From: Gemmatimonadota bacterium
GTDB taxonomy: Bacteria; Gemmatimonadota; Gemmatimonadetes; Gemmatimonadales; Gemmatimonadaceae
Length of the DNA: 64,000 nt
Assembly: GCA_040389905.1 (NCBI GenBank)
Contig: JAZJZK010000020.1
Span: 98,977 to 162,976 of the forward strand
Reading direction: 5' to 3'
Under the pieces are notes generated by a model. The model saw only the letters and a program-made list of their open reading frames with translations. It made no database searches and had not been told where the DNA came from. Below, piece after piece: positions 48,624 through 57,611 of this stretch. Numbering within the stretch: position 1 is the stretch's first letter; each line of letters opens with the position of its first letter. Both the position numbers and the translations under genes were made by a program.

Positions 48624-50239
48624 TGCGCCGCCGGCCCGTGTCCGCGGGACTTGCCCGACCGGAAGAGAAAGAGCAGCGGTAACGACGCCATCAACGCGAT
48701 GCCGCTCAAGAGATACAGCCGAGAGAACGCGAGCACACTCGCCTGGCCCGACAACTGCCGATCGAGAATCATCAGCGCCTGTTGCTTCGCGGCAAATGCG
48801 TTCATCCCTTTCGCAATCAACGCGCGCGTAATGCCCTCCACGCGAGCCAGCGTCACGGGATCGCTCACGACGACATGCTCCGCGAGCAACGCTCGCGACT
48901 GCGCTGCGAAGCGCGACAGAAGCGTCGCACTGATGGCGATGCCGAGCGAGCCACCGAGTTGGCGCGTGAGGTTGAACATGCCGGTGCCCTGCGCGAGTTG
49001 GCTCGGCTTCAATTCCGCCATCGTTGCGCCCGTCAATGGCACGAAGATGAGACCCAGCCCAACACCGCGAAACACCAGCGGCCAGAAGAGGTCGTGCGCT
49101 CCGGCGTCGAACGTCAACAGCGACAACTTGTACATCGACAGGAAGAAGAAGCTCGCGCCAATCGGTACAGTCACTCTCGCATCCAGCCGCGCGGAGTTCT
49201 TCCCCACGAATGCCATGGTGAATGCGGAGGACAGCGCGCCGGGCAGGATGATCATTCCTGTTTGGTTCGCCGTCATGCCGTGTAAGCCCTGCAAGAACAC
49301 GGGCAGCACGAACACTGATCCGTACAGCGCAAAACCGAGAAACGCACCCATCGTGACGCCCGCCGCTAGCTGGCGGTTCTTGAGCACCTTGAAGTCGATC
49401 ACCGGCTCCTTGATCGTCAGCTCGCGCCAGATCAACAGCACGAATGATACGACCGCCGTGATGGCCAGGATGGTGACGAAACGCGAATCGAACCAATCGA
49501 AGCGTTCACCTCGTTCGAGCATCCACTGGAGCGACCCGATGCACAATGCGAGCAGGAGAATTCCGGTGCCGTCAATCGTGTTCGTCTTCTGTTGGTGCGC
49601 CGAATCTCGCACGTACGCGAACACCATCCACGCTGCGAAAATGCCGAGCGGAATGTTGATGTAGAAGATCCAGGGCCAGCTCAGGTTGTCGACGATGTAA
49701 CCGCCAAGCGTCGGACCGATCGTTGGTCCCACCATGACACCGACGCCGAACATCGCCTGGCCAACGCCCACTTCCTTTGGCGGGAACGCTTCGAACAACG
49801 TGGTTTGCGCCGTCGAGAGAAGCGCACCCCCGCCGAGCCCCTGAATGACACGCCAGAAGATCAGGCCGCCCAGCGTCGTAGCAGCGCCACAGAAGAACGA
49901 CGCGGCGACGAACAGCAGGATCGATCCCGTGAGGTACCGTTTTCTCCCAAAGTACCCAGACAGCCAGCTCGAGAGCGGGATGACGATAACGTTTGCGATG
50001 ATGTAGCCCGTCGACACCCAGGAAATCTCATCGAGGGTCGCGCCGAGATTCCCCATCATGTGGGGAATCGCGACGTTCACGATCGAGGTATCGATCAACT
50101 CGAGCACCGCCGCCAGCGTCACCGCGATGGCGATCAGGTATTTGTGCTTGTACTTGTCCTCCGCCACCTCGGCGTCCACGGGCACGTGAACCCATGCCGT
50201 GCCCCGCGGCCCGGAGGTGATCGTCGACGCAGTGGCCAT
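48620..50239 (-). CDS. emrB: DHA2 family MFS efflux permease (EmrB-like)
   Basis: DTSIVNVAIP, WVSTGY, RVIQGLGGG, GPTIGPTLGG, WPWIFYINIP. Confidence 0.9.
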   Translation of the reverse strand: MATASTITSGPRGTAWVHVPVDAEVAEDKYKHKYLIAIAVTLAAVLELIDTSIVNVAIPHMMGNLGATLDEISWVSTGYIIANVIVIPLSSWLSGYFGRKRYLTGSILLFVAASFFCGAATTLGGLIFWRVIQGLGGGALLSTAQTTLFEAFPPKEVGVGQAMFGVGVMVGPTIGPTLGGYIVDNLSWPWIFYINIPLGIFAAWMVFAYVRDSAHQQKTNTIDGTGILLLALCIGSLQWMLERGERFDWFDSRFVTILAITAVVSFVLLIWRELTIKEPVIDFKVLKNRQLAAGVTMGAFLGFALYGSVFVLPVFLQGLHGMTANQTGMIILPGALSSAFTMAFVGKNSARLDARVTVPIGASFFFLSMYKLSLLTFDAGAHDLFWPLVFRGVGLGLIFVPLTGATMAELKPSQLAQGTGMFNLTRQLGGSLGIAISATLLSRFAAQSRALLAEHVVVSDPVTLARVEGITRALIAKGMNAFAAKQQALMILDRQLSGQASVLAFSRLYLLSGIALMASLPLLFLFRSGKSRGHGPAAH

Positions 50240-50245
50240 GATCGC

Positions 50246-51367
50246 TTACTTCGTCGCGACGTGCGCGAAAACCGACATCCCTGGACGCAGAGGGTGCTCC
50301 TTGTCCACACCCTTCACGATGGCGATGCGAACCGGGACGCGCTGAACGACTTTGGTGAAGTTGCCCGTCGCGTTGTCCGGAGGGAGCAGCGCGAACTTCG
50401 CGCCGGTTGCGGCACTCACGCTTTCGACCTTGCCCTCCACCTTCCATCCGCCATACGCATCGATCTCCAACTCCACCGGTTGGCCGATCTTGATGTCGCC
50501 GAGTTGCGTCTCCTTGAAGTTCGCCGTGACCCACACGCCGGAGTCGGAGACGATCGTGAGCAACGGCTGGCCCGCCTGGACGAGCTGACCGACCTCCACC
50601 TGTTTACGCGAGATGATTCCGCCGACGGGCGCCGCGACGCGCGTGTAAGAGAGTTGGAGCGCGGCGTTGTCCCGCGCGGCCTGCGCCGCCGCGAGACGCG
50701 CGATGGCGAGCCGTACACCGGCCTGCGCATTCACGATGCCGGCTCCCGCGGCACCCGCCGAGCGCTGCGCGGACGCCAGTTGCGCGCGCGCGGCATCGGC
50801 CGCAGCCTGCGCCGCGTCGAGCTGCTGGCGCGAAACGACCTGCTTGGCGACGAGCTCCTTCATGCGTGCGAGATCCGCCTCCGCCTTGGTGAAGTTGGCT
50901 CTCGCGGCAATGATGTTCTCATCGAGCGCGGCGCGTTGGCCCGTTGCGTTCTGGACCATCGCTTCCGCCTGTCCCTCGACACCGCGGCCGCCGGCAGCGG
51001 CACGCGCTGCAGCGAGGTCAGCGTCTGCCTGCGCGAGCTTGACGGCAAACTCGCGCTCGTCGATTCGCACGAGAGCCGAATCGGCGCGCACGTGTTCGTT
51101 CTCGCCGGCTTGCACGGCCGTGACGTATCCGCTCACCTTGGCAAGCACGGGGACGATGTGTCCGTCCACCTGCGCGTTGTCGGTGGATTCATGCGTGCGG
51201 CCGTACATCCACTGCTTGACGCCCCATCCGAGACCAAGGATGGCGCCGAGCACGACGAGCGCGAGGACGATTCGGCCCTTGTTCGAGGCCGGTGGTGCGG
51301 GTTCTTCGCCGCGGACTATCGTCGGCGACTCGGCGGTTTGCGGTTGCGTTGCGGTTGCCATGGTCAA
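50246..51367 (-). CDS. emrA: HlyD/EmrA membrane fusion protein
   Basis: STDNAQV, ANFKETQL, LLPPDNATGNFTKVVQRVPVRI. Confidence 0.9.
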   Translation of the reverse strand: MTMATATQPQTAESPTIVRGEEPAPPASNKGRIVLALVVLGAILGLGWGVKQWMYGRTHESTDNAQVDGHIVPVLAKVSGYVTAVQAGENEHVRADSALVRIDEREFAVKLAQADADLAAARAAAGGRGVEGQAEAMVQNATGQRAALDENIIAARANFTKAEADLARMKELVAKQVVSRQQLDAAQAAADAARAQLASAQRSAGAAGAGIVNAQAGVRLAIARLAAAQAARDNAALQLSYTRVAAPVGGIISRKQVEVGQLVQAGQPLLTIVSDSGVWVTANFKETQLGDIKIGQPVELEIDAYGGWKVEGKVESVSAATGAKFALLPPDNATGNFTKVVQRVPVRIAIVKGVDKEHPLRPGMSVFAHVATK

Positions 51368-51445
51368 GTCAAATGCGTGCGTGGAGATGCGAGAAACGAA
51401 CGGATACGGCGTGGATCAATTGCTATTGGCGATGGCGCAACACGC

Positions 51446-51560
51446 TGTCACCCCGAGCGAGCTCCGCATACCGCGCGCGGGGTAAACTCCGCGAGTCGAG
51501 GGGTCTACACCTCGTCAACAGCGTGATGTGCAGATCCCTCGACTTCGCTCGGGATGACAA
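51446..51560. repeat. REP-like doublet inside the efflux operon
   Basis: TGTCACCCCGAGC..GGGGTCTACAC and GTGCAGATCCCTCGACTTCGCTCGGGATGACAA (identical to 36207-36239). Confidence 0.85.
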
Positions 51561-51571
51561 CGAACGATGCA

Positions 51572-52954
51572 TCATTGCAGCGTCGCGATGGAGCCATGCG
51601 CACGGGCGAGCGCAACACGTGACGCCTGGTACGACGTGAGTGCATCGATCAATTGGGTGCGCGCGGCATTCAGCGAAATGGACGCCGTGACCACGTCCGC
51701 ATTGCCCGATACGCCGGCTTGAAAACGCTCGCGCGCCTGCGCGACTTCCTGCTCGGCGAGCGCCAGTCGCTCGCGCGAAGCGGCGACCGCCTCGCCAGAC
51801 GACCGGAGGTTCAACGTCGAGACGCGGACGTCGGCGTCGACCTGCGCGCGGAGATCGCGCACGCGAATATCGAGATCGCGCGCGGTAGACCGCTGTTCCT
51901 CGACCCGCCCTTCGCGGCGATTCCCGTCGAAGATGGGTAGCGAGACCTGGATGCCCCAGTCGTACGTCGGCAGATAGCTGCGGCCATTGCGCTGGCTCAG
52001 ACCCTCATCGGCGAACACGCCGATCGTGGGAAGCCGCTCACTGTGAATCGCCTCGGCCTGTTCGTGCGCGGATTTCGCCTGAACGTTCAAGGCCGCGAGG
52101 TCCTTCCGATTGTTTGTCGCGTTGCCAAGCAGCGCGAGTTCACTCGCGACCTCGGGCGTCGGGAGCGTCGCGAGCGCATCGGCGAGCTCGATGCGGAGCG
52201 GCGGCAAGCCCAACGCGCGCGCGAGATCGACGCGCGTGCGATCGCGATCGTTACGCGCCATGATGATCTGTGCCCGCGCGCTGGTGAGTTGCGACCGCGC
52301 ACGCGTGACGTCCAGCGCGATGCCGGTGCCCGCCGTGAGCTGGTCCTGCGCAATACTCACCAACTCCGCCGCCAGCGTGGAATCCTGAATGCGTGCGGTG
52401 TAGACGGCGTCCGCTCGGAGCACGGCGAGGTAGGCATTCGCCGCCGTCGCGGCGGCAACGTCCATCAGCGTTGCGGCTTCGGCACTGGCGGCGGCAACGC
52501 CAGTCTTTGCATTCTCGATGCGCGAGCGCGCTGCCGGATCGTACAGCATTTGCGAAACACGCGCGCGCGCATCCAGCGCATTCACCGGCCCGAGGATTGT
52601 TCCCTTCGGGTCGAACAGCGGCGGCTGGCCCGGTTGCGCCGGGAAGTCGATCGGAAAGGTTGCGCTGTTGATCGTCGATCCGCGCTCTGCCACCGCCGCC
52701 GAAACGGAGGGCAGCAAATCCGCGCGACGTTGGGTGACGCGCGCCTTGGCGGCATCCACGCGCGCCATCGCGCCTTCCACCCCCGCCGTCTGCTTTGCGG
52801 CGAGCCGAACGGCCTGCCCGAGCGTAAGGCGGATGGTGCTGTCGCCTGTGATCTGCTGCGCGGACGCAGCGCGTGCGACGAACGCCATCAACGCCACGAC
52901 AATGGCGAGCGTGAGACCGATGGTGGCGGAACGACGAAGGGACAAGCAATTCAT
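51572..52954 (-). CDS. TolC family outer membrane efflux protein
   Basis: Signal peptide, LTLGQAV, ADLLPSV, SLPIFDG, ERFQAG; start ATG 52954. Confidence 0.88.
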   Translation of the reverse strand: MNCLSLRRSATIGLTLAIVVALMAFVARAASAQQITGDSTIRLTLGQAVRLAAKQTAGVEGAMARVDAAKARVTQRRADLLPSVSAAVAERGSTINSATFPIDFPAQPGQPPLFDPKGTILGPVNALDARARVSQMLYDPAARSRIENAKTGVAAASAEAATLMDVAAATAANAYLAVLRADAVYTARIQDSTLAAELVSIAQDQLTAGTGIALDVTRARSQLTSARAQIIMARNDRDRTRVDLARALGLPPLRIELADALATLPTPEVASELALLGNATNNRKDLAALNVQAKSAHEQAEAIHSERLPTIGVFADEGLSQRNGRSYLPTYDWGIQVSLPIFDGNRREGRVEEQRSTARDLDIRVRDLRAQVDADVRVSTLNLRSSGEAVAASRERLALAEQEVAQARERFQAGVSGNADVVTASISLNAARTQLIDALTSYQASRVALARAHGSIATLQ

Positions 52955-52958
52955 TGTG

Positions 52959-53618
52959 TCAGCGTTGATCGGACGCGCCCGACACATCCGGACGCATGGC
53001 GGTGAAGTAAAAGTCTCGGATTTGTTCGAACAGCACATCGGGGTCGATGTGCGCGATGGATTTGTGGCTCTCCCGCTGGTGATACCACATACCGTGCATC
53101 ACGAAGAGCGAGCTCAGCATTCGCGACGCGACCAGCGGGTCCATTCGACGCAGGACGCCGCTGTCCATCCCCCGTTCGAGCGTTCCGCGGACGAGTCGTT
53201 GGGCGCGCTCGATCACTTCCGTCGCATAAAACGCCTGCAGGTCTGGAAAGCTGCTGAGCTCCGTGGTGAGCAGGCGATTGAGCGCATGAAAGACCGGCGA
53301 CCGCAGCCACTTCCAGAACCCGTCCATCCAACGCTCCAACGCCTTGATGGGATCGGGCTCGACGGCGACGAACTCTTCGGCCCGCGCGATGAACGCGATC
53401 ACCGAACTGCGGACCACTTCGCGAAAGAGTTCTTCCTTGTTGGGGAAGTAGAGGTAAATCGTGCCCTTCGAGAGGCCCGCGTGCTTCGCGATATCGTCGA
53501 GGCGAGAGGCGGCCAGACCACGCTCCGCAAACACCGCAAGTGCGGCATCGAGAATTTGTCTCGGCCGTTCTTCGGGGAGCCTGCGCCAACGAGGTTCGAG
53601 CGATGCGTCGGAGGTCAC
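52959..53618 (-). CDS. TetR/AcrR family regulator heading the efflux operon (start GTG 53618 or TTG 53639)
   Basis: RLDDIAKHAGLSKGTIYLYFPNKEELF HTH. Confidence 0.9.
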   Translation of the reverse strand: MTSDASLEPRWRRLPEERPRQILDAALAVFAERGLAASRLDDIAKHAGLSKGTIYLYFPNKEELFREVVRSSVIAFIARAEEFVAVEPDPIKALERWMDGFWKWLRSPVFHALNRLLTTELSSFPDLQAFYATEVIERAQRLVRGTLERGMDSGVLRRMDPLVASRMLSSLFVMHGMWYHQRESHKSIAHIDPDVLFEQIRDFYFTAMRPDVSGASDQR

Positions 53619-53620
53619 GA

Positions 53621-53724
53621 TAACTGACTGACTGGTCAACAGGAGAATGCGCTGGGACGGAGCTGAGTTCCCGGCTTTGCTTAATGACTGGTCAGTAATT
53701 TACTCGCTCGACCGCGCCGGTCAA
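53621..53724 (-). promoter_or_regulatory. Sigma70-like promoter with two TGACTGGTCA operator boxes
   Basis: Minus strand TTGACC-N16-TAAATT (53724-53697); TGACTGGTCA repeated within 53621-53639 and 53681-53698. Confidence 0.6.
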
Positions 53725-53754
53725 GTGATGCCGCACAGACTCCTTCCGCCGGCG

Positions 53755-55497
53755 CTAGTGTGGCTGCGAGCGGCGCTTCGGCCTCGGAAGGCTTTCGGCG
53801 CTGCCGATGGGAACGCGAAGGGTGAACGACGATCCCCCGCCCGGAACACTCGAGACGCGGATGTCCCCGTCCATCGCTCGCGCGAGGTCACGGCTGATCG
53901 ACAGCCCTAAGCCTGTGCCTTCATGCGCACTCGTGAGCGATCGGCCGACCTGAACGAAAGGCTCGAAGATCGCCTCCAGCTGGTCCTGATGAATTCCGAC
54001 GCCAGTGTCACGGATGGTGGTGATGATGAATGACTCCCCCGCCTCACAGGTGAGCGAGACTGACCCACCGGGCGGAGTGAACTTCATGGCATTGGAAAGC
54101 AGGTTCACCAGGATTTGCAGAAACTTCGACGAGTCCACCTGGGCGACCAGGCTCTCATCGCATGGCGCAATCTCGAAGCGTATCGCCTTTTGCTGGGCCT
54201 GCGGGGCGATCATGTGCGAAACGTTCTCGATGACATGACACACGGATGTCGGCCTGATGTCGTACCTGATTTGTCCGGCCTCGACGCGACTGTAGTTCAG
54301 GATGTCGTTGATCACGGCGAGGAGATGTTGCTGGCTGCTTCGGATCCGTTCCAGCTGTTCGATCTGCAAGTCATTCACCGAGCCGGAGATACCGAGCCTC
54401 AGCAGCTCGGCGTAGCCACCAATGGCGTTGAGGGGAGTGCGCAGCTCGTGAGACATCGCCGCAAGAAACTCGCTCTTCGCCAGGTTGGCACTCTCAGCCT
54501 CCTTCGTCCGAGCCTGCAGCGCCTCTGACCGCTCGCGGAGCTCCGCGGCGAGGCGGTTCAACTCCCGCGCGCGCTCTTCTGCTGCGTGGCGCGCCGCCTC
54601 CTTGGCGACGATGGCACGCGCGTCCTCCAAGGCTTTCTGATGCGCAGCGCGACGCTCGGTGAGGTCGCGCGTCACCTTCGCGAAGCCAATCAGTTCGCCA
54701 TCGTCATTGCGAATGGCCGTGATGAGGACGTTCGCCCAGAAGGGCGTACCGTCTTTCCTGATCCGGATTCCCTCTTCCTCGAACTTGCCCGCGTGCGACG
54801 CAACTTCCAGCTCGTGCTCGATCTTGCCCGCCGCAACGTCCTCGGGAGGGTAAAAAATCGACATGTGCTGACCGACGATCTCCTCGGCCGTGTAGCCTTT
54901 GATGCGTTCGGCACCTTCGTTCCAGGTCACGATCCGGCCCGATGGGCTGAGCATGAAGATGGCATAGTCCATCACGCCCGTAACGAGCAACCTGAAGCGC
55001 GTCTCGCTCTCCCGAAGTGCCTCCTCGGCAGCCCTTCGTTCCGTGAGGTCGCGGGTGACCTTTGCGAAGCCGATCAGCGATCCGTCGGCGTCGCGCAACG
55101 CGGTCAGGACGACATTGGCCCAGAACAGCGAACCGTCCTTCCGAACACGCCAGCCCTCATCCTCGAAGCGACCCTTCTCGGCGGCGGTGTCGAGTTCGTA
55201 CTGCGGGAAGCCCTCCGCGATCTTCTCAGCAGGATAGAAAATGGAGAAGTGTTTTCCGATGATTTCCGCCGGCTGGTACCCTTTCAGACGCTTGGCACCC
55301 GCGTTCCAGCTGAGGATGTGGCCTGTCGCGTCGAGCGCGAAGATGGCGTAATCCAGCACGCTGTCGACGAGGAGGCGATACAAACCGTCCGTTTCTCGGG
55401 CGACCCGGGACGACTCGTTCGAGTCTCCCGGTCCGCGACGGGGTTCTTCCCGTTCTGTTGGCGCGTCTTCGCTGGGCACGGCACTCGTCACGCGCAT
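53755..55497 (-). CDS. Cytoplasmic PAS-PAS sensor histidine kinase (start uncertain)
   Basis: Two DYAIF..WN.GA...KGY PAS/PAC repeats, MSHELRTPL, NLLSNAMKFT, GTGLGL. Confidence 0.88.
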   Translation of the reverse strand: MRVTSAVPSEDAPTEREEPRRGPGDSNESSRVARETDGLYRLLVDSVLDYAIFALDATGHILSWNAGAKRLKGYQPAEIIGKHFSIFYPAEKIAEGFPQYELDTAAEKGRFEDEGWRVRKDGSLFWANVVLTALRDADGSLIGFAKVTRDLTERRAAEEALRESETRFRLLVTGVMDYAIFMLSPSGRIVTWNEGAERIKGYTAEEIVGQHMSIFYPPEDVAAGKIEHELEVASHAGKFEEEGIRIRKDGTPFWANVLITAIRNDDGELIGFAKVTRDLTERRAAHQKALEDARAIVAKEAARHAAEERARELNRLAAELRERSEALQARTKEAESANLAKSEFLAAMSHELRTPLNAIGGYAELLRLGISGSVNDLQIEQLERIRSSQQHLLAVINDILNYSRVEAGQIRYDIRPTSVCHVIENVSHMIAPQAQQKAIRFEIAPCDESLVAQVDSSKFLQILVNLLSNAMKFTPPGGSVSLTCEAGESFIITTIRDTGVGIHQDQLEAIFEPFVQVGRSLTSAHEGTGLGLSISRDLARAMDGDIRVSSVPGGGSSFTLRVPIGSAESLPRPKRRSQPH

Positions 55498-55641
55498 AGC
55501 GACGTCGGCGGTTGGAACGTTGGGCAACACCGGCTTGCACACGGTCAAGAGATTCAATGAAACACGTTCGCACATGCAAGGACGCGGCCGAGCGGTGGTT
55601 CTGCCTTCGCCGGCACGCAACCCACGACCTAGATTCCGGTC

Positions 55642-56055
55642 ATGCGACAGGACGAACCCTCGACAGCCGGCAAGGTGCGCATCGACAAGTGGCTCTGGGC
55701 CGCGCGCTTTTTCAAGACACGGTCTCTCGCCGCCGATGCGATCGGCGGCGGCAAGGTCACGGTTCACGGCGACAGCGTCAAATCCGCCAAGCTGATTCAG
55801 GTCGGCGACGAAATCCGCATCCGGCTCGGCGCGTTCGAGCATGTGGTCGTCGTGCGTGCCGTTTCCGAGCGCCGAGGTCCAGCCACGGTCGCAGCCACGC
55901 TGTACGAGGAAACCGAGGCAAGCCGAACAACCCGCGCTCGCCTCGCGGAGCAGCATCGCATGGCGCCGGCGGCGTTCGTCTACGAGGAGAAAGGTCGGCC
56001 GACCAAGCGCGATCGTCGCGAGATCGATCGATTCAGGGAGGACCGGCGGAAGTAG
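55642..56055 (+). CDS. hslR: S4-domain ribosome-associated heat shock protein Hsp15
   Basis: VRIDKWLWAARFFKTRSLA, GRPTKRDRR. Confidence 0.92.
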   Translation: MRQDEPSTAGKVRIDKWLWAARFFKTRSLAADAIGGGKVTVHGDSVKSAKLIQVGDEIRIRLGAFEHVVVVRAVSERRGPATVAATLYEETEASRTTRARLAEQHRMAPAAFVYEEKGRPTKRDRREIDRFREDRRK

Positions 56056-56103
56056 GCTCGCCACGACGCGCTGCAGCCGAGGGAAACTGTAGGTGTCGTT
56101 ATT

Positions 56104-56236
56104 ACCGCAGAGGGCGCGGAGGAGCGGAGGAACGCAGAGAACGACGGAATGTGCAGGCCCTTCGCGTCACTCAGGGCGACAAAACGAGCGTGGTTTTTCC
56201 CTCTGCGTACCTCTGCTCCTCTGCGTCCTCTGCGGT
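56104..56236. repeat. Composite palindrome: GCAGAGG-repeat arms enclosing one REP-like unit (56151-56185)
   Basis: ACCGCAGAGGGCGCGGAGG...CCTCTGCGTCCTCTGCGGT. Confidence 0.8.
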
Positions 56237-56296
56237 TAAACGCGTTTGACTTTCCCGGCGTCGAGTTCAGATCGAGGGCACCGATGCCGTGCGTAG

Positions 56297-56986
56297 CTAC
56301 CGCCCCGCAAAACTCGCAGCGAGCTCTTCGAGGGCGCCACCGTCGATGGCGTGACCCCCTGCATAGCGCTGCATCGTGAAAGCCACGCCGGCCGCCGATA
56401 GTCGCTCTGCCTGCGCGGCAATCGCTGCCGGTGTCGCCAATTCGTCCGCATCGCCCGCCACGAGCGTGAGCGTGGCGCCGTGGAGTCGCTCCGACCATTT
56501 GGCGAGATCCAGTTCCGGAGGAATTGCTCCCGCCCAGAGCACCAGCTCGTCAGCTCGTAGTGCTGAGGCCGCCAGCCAGCGACAAACGGTGGCTGTTCCC
56601 TGGGAAAACCCCAGGACCACGATCCGCGGCGACGCGCCCGCAAGGTGGTGCCGGATTTCGCCGGCGACCCGGTCGAGGTACCCGACATGGTCCGCGATCT
56701 CCGCGTTCCTGTCCTCCCGCGTCATCCACGTCGCACCGACGCGCGGGTTGGAGTCGTTCCGGCGGTCAGGGATCGAGTCGAGGTAGAAGCGGGACAACCC
56801 CTCCGGCGCCACGATGAGCCGAGTGCCGTCATCGACCGAGGAGAACTGCGAGATGAAGCGACCCGCGAGCATTCCGTACCCATGCGCGACGATCCAGAGT
56901 TCGCGCGGGAATCCGTGTGTCGGGCCGAGCGTGTAGTACCGGGCCGTACGGGGAACGACGATCGCGTGCTCGACCGGAGTGGCCAC
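56297..56986 (-). CDS. Alpha/beta hydrolase (phospholipase/carboxylesterase-like)
   Basis: HGYG, APEGLSRFY, GFSQG nucleophile, GDADE, GGH. Confidence 0.85.
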   Translation of the reverse strand: MATPVEHAIVVPRTARYYTLGPTHGFPRELWIVAHGYGMLAGRFISQFSSVDDGTRLIVAPEGLSRFYLDSIPDRRNDSNPRVGATWMTREDRNAEIADHVGYLDRVAGEIRHHLAGASPRIVVLGFSQGTATVCRWLAASALRADELVLWAGAIPPELDLAKWSERLHGATLTLVAGDADELATPAAIAAQAERLSAAGVAFTMQRYAGGHAIDGGALEELAASFAGR

Positions 56987-56990
56987 CGTG

Positions 56991-57602
56991 CTACCGCGAC
57001 GCGACGGGAATGACGAGCTTCTCCGCCGTATCTGTTTCGGAGACGCGCACGACCTTCGTGTACGTCAGTCCGGCCGCCTTTGCGGCGGTAAAGATCACGG
57101 TATCGGCAACGGACGCGTCGCCCCGCGGGTGAATGACCCAGATGGCTCCGTCGCGCGCGATACTCTTCACCATTGCGGTGAGCTTGCTCAACTGCGTCGG
57201 CCGAGTGATTCGCCAGAGCACCATGGCGGTGCCCTTTGGAACCTTGCCGACAGTGACGACCGCCGACCTTGCCTCGAGGTCAGCCAATATCCCGGCATCG
57301 TCGACGTCGAGGAGAGCGACGGTCATGCCCTGCGTGATCCCGAGCTTGTCTGCCAGCGTGCGCGGATTACGGATTTTGTCCGCCCACTTCGATGCCATCA
57401 CGTCGCCGAGACCGAGAATGGCGACGCCCTCCGCGTGCGTGACGTGGAGGGCACCGTTCTTCACTGCCAGATCACTAATCGCCGTGAGCGGAATGCGGAG
57501 ACGTGTATCACCGCGAAAGATCAGCTCCGTGGTTTCGAGCAACGCTGTGCCGGCGTACGTCTGCCGGCCCAGCGTGAGCGTCGTCTTCGCTTCCGCACCC
57601 AT
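56991..57602 (-). CDS. Hypothetical protein, DUF3052-like C-terminal part
   Basis: LADKLGI, DGAIWVIHPRG, AAGLTYTKV. Confidence 0.6.
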   Translation of the reverse strand: MGAEAKTTLTLGRQTYAGTALLETTELIFRGDTRLRIPLTAISDLAVKNGALHVTHAEGVAILGLGDVMASKWADKIRNPRTLADKLGITQGMTVALLDVDDAGILADLEARSAVVTVGKVPKGTAMVLWRITRPTQLSKLTAMVKSIARDGAIWVIHPRGDASVADTVIFTAAKAAGLTYTKVVRVSETDTAEKLVIPVASR

Positions 57603-57611
57603 CTCAGCGGC

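Noticed and set aside
49592..51526. 644-aa plus-strand ORF, and similar antisense ORFs such as 57714-59147 and 37844-39094
   Set aside because: Antisense shadows of well-supported genes, expected in high-GC DNA; no recognisable motifs
55498..56064. N-terminal extension of the PAS kinase to 769 aa
   Set aside because: It is the antisense of hslR; the kinase most likely starts near 55497
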